Source: Candidatus Subterrananammoxibius californiae
GTDB taxonomy: Bacteria > Planctomycetota > Brocadiia > Brocadiales > Subterrananammoxibiaceae
NCBI GenBank assembly: GCA_030586555.1
Contig: JAURAC010000005.1
Coordinates: forward strand, 101,102-111,517
Direction: 5' to 3'
DNA: 10,416 bases
This document shows positions 7,335 to 10,416 of the stretch, in pieces; within the stretch, counting starts at the first letter, position 1; each line of letters begins with the position of its first letter. The notes under the pieces are model-generated. The model saw only the letters and a list, made by a program, of their open reading frames with translations, did not search any database and was not told the DNA's origin. The translations under genes and the position numbers were made by a program.

Positions 7335-7455
7335 AGTGCCGAGTGACGGGTTGTAAGGTGTTAGTCAAAAGCAATAAGTAAAGAGAGTTTTTTTCTCATT
7401 GCTCGTTGTTTTAAATCCATTCACTCGTCACTAACATCTCGCCCCTCGTCACTTT
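7335..7455. repeat. Degenerate inverted heptamer-based repeat in the tmk-xerC spacer
   Basis: The left arm AGTGACGggttgtaaggTGTTAGTca resembles the reverse complement of the right arm, AGTGACGaggggcgagaTGTTAGTga. AGTGACG/CGTCACT-type 7-mers recur on both sides. Confidence 0.55.
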
Positions 7456-7458
7456 TTT

Positions 7459-8163
7459 TTAGGGTTTCAATATCTTTTCAACAGCCTTCCAAACCATATC
7501 AGAAATATTCTCTGCTGGGAGTATAGCCCCAGCCCTTGCGCCCTCAATTATTACCCAGTCATTTGCCTCGGTTGCTAACTCAAAATATACTTCTTGAGCC
7601 TGCCTGAGGTGTTCTATGTCGTCCTCGTGTATATCCCTCTTTCCTCCTGAAAGGTAATCGCGTTTATGTTTTTTTTTAATAAGCTGGCAGGTGATTTCTG
7701 TAGGCACGTGGAGGAAGATGTTTATGTCAGCCTTTGGCAATCCAAAGATTTCATATTCTAACGTGTTAAGCCATTCGAGAAACCTTTTTCTTTCTCTGCG
7801 ATTTTTTATCTTACCGCCCTGATGTGCCTCATTATCGGCAACATAGCGATTTGAGACAACAATCTTGCCCTCCTTGAGCCATGTCTTTATTTGTTCCTTT
7901 GCCTGCCACCTATCGCCTGCATACAACAGCGAAGCAAGGTAAGGACTTACCTCCTGGGATGAACCAAAATCGCCGTGCAGGTAACGTGTGACCATATCTG
8001 CAAAAAATGTCTTCCCGTATTGTGGGAAACTTGTTGTTCTGACATCATAGCCCTTATCGAGGAGTCTTGCCGCTAAAAGTTCTGTTTGAACCGTCTTTCC
8101 GCTGCCGTCAATGCCTGCAATTACAATAAATTTTCCGTCTGCTTTCCCCATATTTTTGCTCAC
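7459..8163 (-). CDS. tmk: Thymidylate kinase
   Basis: FIVIAGIDGSGKTVQ (P-loop), SFPQY, LLYAGDRW, VVSNRY, GLPKADINIFL and RDIHE. The start is GTG 8163 or ATG 8151. Confidence 0.88.
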   Translation of the reverse strand: MSKNMGKADGKFIVIAGIDGSGKTVQTELLAARLLDKGYDVRTTSFPQYGKTFFADMVTRYLHGDFGSSQEVSPYLASLLYAGDRWQAKEQIKTWLKEGKIVVSNRYVADNEAHQGGKIKNRRERKRFLEWLNTLEYEIFGLPKADINIFLHVPTEITCQLIKKKHKRDYLSGGKRDIHEDDIEHLRQAQEVYFELATEANDWVIIEGARAGAILPAENISDMVWKAVEKILKP

Positions 8164-8218
8164 ATCCTGTCAAGTGGAAAGAAATGAGAGTGTCGTGTTT
8201 CAATATCAGTTTGGCAAT

Positions 8219-8247
8219 ATAGTACGTCGTGAGGCAATCTTTGTCAA
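8219..8247 (-). promoter_or_regulatory. Sigma70-type promoter for tmk(-xerC)
   Basis: On the minus strand: TTGACA (8247-8242), 17 bp, TACTAT (8224-8219). Confidence 0.72.
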
Positions 8248-8274
8248 GGTAATAATCATGTATGGGTATACATT

Positions 8275-8291
8275 TGGTATTCCGTTTGCAT
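8275..8291 (+). promoter_or_regulatory. Candidate sigma54 (-24/-12) promoter for the receiver-pilin operon
   Basis: TGGTATTCCGTTTGCAT has GG(8276-77)-N10-GC(8288-89) and is close to the consensus TGGCAC-N5-TTGCW. Confidence 0.65.
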
Positions 8292-8459
8292 AACATTGCA
8301 TTTATTAAAAGGTTATTAATAAAAATATTAGCATGGACAATAAAGTGTGTCTATTTTTTCAACAGTATTTGTTTAATTATACTATATACAAATAGGTTAC
8401 AGTGGTGAAAAGCCTGCCCCGAGGCTGGTGTGTCTGCTGCTTGTAAAGGGTCTTAAAGA

Positions 8460-8831
8460 ATGAATGACAAAAAAAGGATTTTAATAGTCGAAGACGACCC
8501 TGCATTGACCCACTTAATGAAATTGAGTTTCGAGAAAGAGAGTTTCGAGGTTGACACGGCTTCGGATGGTTTAATGGGCTTGAATAAAGCAAGGGAGGGC
8601 ATGCCAGACCTTATTATTCTTAATGTTATGATGCCGAGAATGGATGGTTATCACGTCTGCCGCTTTTTAAAGTTCGACCAGAAGTACATGCATATACCCA
8701 TAATTATGGTTACAGGGAAGACACACGAGAGCGAAAGGCAGACAGGCATTGAAGTTGGCGCTGATGAATATATATTTAAACCTTTTGATATAGATAAGTT
8801 AATTGCCACAGTACAGAAATATGTAATGTGA
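8460..8831 (+). CDS. Stand-alone CheY-like receiver domain protein, atypical (Asp to Asn at the phosphoacceptor)
   Basis: ILIVEDD, PDLIILNVMMPRMDG, IPIIMVT and GADEYIFKPF; 123 aa with no output domain. Confidence 0.9.
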   Translation: MNDKKRILIVEDDPALTHLMKLSFEKESFEVDTASDGLMGLNKAREGMPDLIILNVMMPRMDGYHVCRFLKFDQKYMHIPIIMVTGKTHESERQTGIEVGADEYIFKPFDIDKLIATVQKYVM

Positions 8832-8865
8832 TTATATTAAGGTTGGCAAATTTTGAAAGTTAAAA

Positions 8866-8894
8866 GTAGGTGCAGGTTTGAAACCTGCCTCTAC
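8866..8894. repeat. GTAG-type single-hairpin REP-like element
   Basis: GTAG-gt-GCAGGTTT-g-AAACCTGC-ct-CTAC. Confidence 0.8.
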
Positions 8895-8906
8895 CAGGCA
8901 ATTTGT

Positions 8907-9308
8907 ATGAAAAGCAAGGGTTTTACTATTATCGAAATAGTCGTGGTTTTGGCAATAGCAGGTGTTCTAACTGCGACAGCCGCCCCAAAATTTGCTAATC
9001 TTTTTTCCGGCTCCCCATTTAGTGTAGAAGCCGCTGCAAACATGATAGAATCGGACATCAGATATGTTCAGGAACTTGCCATGTCTACCCACCAGCAAGG
9101 CACGATAGTCTTTTCTCAGGGAAGCAGTTCTTACTTACTCCCGGATAGCTCGGAGCCGAGGGATTTGGAAGGAGTAACCCTGGGTAATAACCTCACGGTT
9201 ACCTTTAACTCATTTGGTGAGCCAATTGCCGGAGGAGGGCAATCGCTTAGCGTTGGAACAGCGACGGTAAGCATTATCAACTATACGGGGAAGGTTAATG
9301 TTCAATGA
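8907..9308 (+). CDS. Type IV minor pilin / pseudopilin (MshC/FimT/GspH-like)
   Basis: Class III signal MKSKG|FTIIEIVVVLAIAGVL..AAPKF, followed by 'IESDIRYVQELAM' and 'VTFNSFGEP'. An alternative in-frame TTG start lies at 8853. Confidence 0.85.
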   Translation: MKSKGFTIIEIVVVLAIAGVLTATAAPKFANLFSGSPFSVEAAANMIESDIRYVQELAMSTHQQGTIVFSQGSSSYLLPDSSEPRDLEGVTLGNNLTVTFNSFGEPIAGGGQSLSVGTATVSIINYTGKVNVQ

Positions 9309-9847
9309 CTTGCCTTGAAAAAGGTAGACAACGGACTTTATGTCCGTTGATTTCAACGATGTTAAACATCGTTGTCTACCTAAAAAAAAATGTGCAAGAT
9401 AAGTGTGGTTTTACATTGATAGAAGTAATTATCTTTTTGGTTCTGGCAGGGATAATTCTGCCATTAATCTTTATCCCGTTCATGACAGGCCTAAAAAGCT
9501 ATAGTACGCCAGAAGTTGTTTCAACGGCAACGTTTCTTGGCGAAGAATTGATGGAGGAGATTAAGAGTAAGGGTTTCGATGAAAACCCTGCCTCGCCAAC
9601 TGACCCGGCAAACCTTGGTCCAGAAGGGGAGAGCCGTTCTCAATATGATGACGTTGATGACTATGATGGTTTAACAGAAACATCCTCCGGATTTGGCAAC
9701 TATAGCAGAAGCGTAACCGTATTTTATGTATCCGCTGATAATCTTGATGCCGATGCAGGCGCTATAACTAACTTTAAGAGAATTCAGGTAACCGTCACAA
9801 ACTCACAGATACCTAATGTGGCGATGGCTACATTAGTTTCAAATTAA
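9305..9847 (+). CDS. Type IV minor pilin, MshD/PilV-like
   Basis: G|FTLIEVIIFLVLAGII, 'ELMEEIKSKGFDE', 'GPEGESRSQYDDVDDYDG' and 'FKRIQVTV' resemble MshD proteins. The start overlaps the upstream stop (ATGA). Confidence 0.82.
   Translation: MTCLEKGRQRTLCPLISTMLNIVVYLKKNVQDKCGFTLIEVIIFLVLAGIILPLIFIPFMTGLKSYSTPEVVSTATFLGEELMEEIKSKGFDENPASPTDPANLGPEGESRSQYDDVDDYDGLTETSSGFGNYSRSVTVFYVSADNLDADAGAITNFKRIQVTVTNSQIPNVAMATLVSN
9323..9380. repeat. GTAG-type REP doublet (REPIN-like), copy 2, inside the prepilin leader region
   Basis: GGTAGA-CAACGGAC-TTTAT-GTCCGTTG-ATTT-CAACGATG-TTAAA-CATCGTTG-TCTACC; an inverted copy of 4902-4959. Confidence 0.9.
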
Positions 9848-9873
9848 TGATTTTTCCAAAAGAAAGATAGAAG

Positions 9874-9946
9874 TGTCATCCCGAACTTGTTTCGGGATCT
9901 CAAGTGGTGCCGGAAGGAGAGATGCTGAAACAAGTTCAGCATGACA
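9874..9946. repeat. (C/T)GTC-type REP doublet
   Basis: TGTCATCCCGAACTTGTTTCGGGATCTC (9874-9901) and the inverted GAGATGCTGAAACAAGTTCAGCATGACA (9919-9946) are 24/28 identical. Each arm forms its own hairpin. Confidence 0.88.
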
Positions 9947-9956
9947 AATAGTGAGT

Positions 9957-10416
9957 ATGAAAAACAATGGTTTTACATTAATCGAGTTAATAATAACCAT
10001 AGTTATCCTTAGCATAATAGGGGTTTTTACGTTTCAATTTATAACCAGCGGCGTGGAGTCTTACGTTACCCTGAGCGCCGGGGAGGATGTTGCGAGAGAA
10101 GCCAGACTGGCTTTAGAAAGGATGGCAAGAGAGGTGAGGGCTGCAACGAATATTGTTTCACCACTGGCAGGTGACTCAGATAATAAGATTACCTTTGATA
10201 GAACACCCACTGCAACCGATGGCTCTACGCAGGTGACATTTCAACTTACCAGTGGGACGCTTCAAAGAAAACGGGATGGTAATACGCCAGAACCTCTTGC
10301 ATCGAACGTCTCAAGTTTCACGGTTACTCGCTCCTCAGGCAATGGGGAATTGACAACCTTGGATTTAACCCTTTCAGGACAAACTGTGGTTCAGCAAAGA
10401 ACATTGGTATATCCGA
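9957..10416 (+). CDS. Type IV minor pilin, MshO/PilW/GspJ-like; 3'-truncated by the window edge (absent from the ORF track)
   Basis: Manual translation gives MKNNG|FTLIELIITIVILSIIGVFTFQFITSGVESY...ARLALERMAREVRAA...LASNVSSF. The frame stays open to the window end. Confidence 0.85.
   Translation, partial: MKNNGFTLIELIITIVILSIIGVFTFQFITSGVESYVTLSAGEDVAREARLALERMAREVRAATNIVSPLAGDSDNKITFDRTPTATDGSTQVTFQLTSGTLQRKRDGNTPEPLASNVSSFTVTRSSGNGELTTLDLTLSGQTVVQQRTLVYP

Noticed and set aside
6178..8592. Small ORFs at 6178, 6382, 6771, 6937, 7006, 8108, 8111 and 8377
   Set aside because: They overlap real genes or promoter regions and show no motifs or convincing RBS.
9382..9390. A9 tract in the pilin leader as a phase-variation switch
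   Set aside because: An equally long tract occurs within tmk (7669-7677), so such runs are not exceptional in this AT-rich DNA. Read data would be needed.

Overview
This is a chromosomal, AT-rich bacterial window. It holds the 3' part of a Roco gene (LRR-Roc-COR plus an extra C-terminal module), a class II B12-dependent ribonucleotide reductase divergent from cobS-cobU, a secreted metzincin, a tmk-xerC pair, a stand-alone receiver domain with Asn in place of the phosphoacceptor Asp, and the start of an MSHA-like minor pilin cluster behind a sigma54-type promoter. The gene content is mostly ordinary. The unusual layer is small repeat DNA: several distinct palindromic or 7/8-mer repeat elements occupy most gene junctions. 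Some are translated in frame: a 48-bp palindrome in nrdJ, six 7-mers in xerC, and a 58-bp REP doublet in a probable prepilin leader. The second copy of that doublet supplies the cobS stop codon. Each of the three pilin genes has a different REP-like element at its 5' end. No transposase or nuclease that could mobilise these elements is in the window. All family assignments come from motif recognition, not from database searches.
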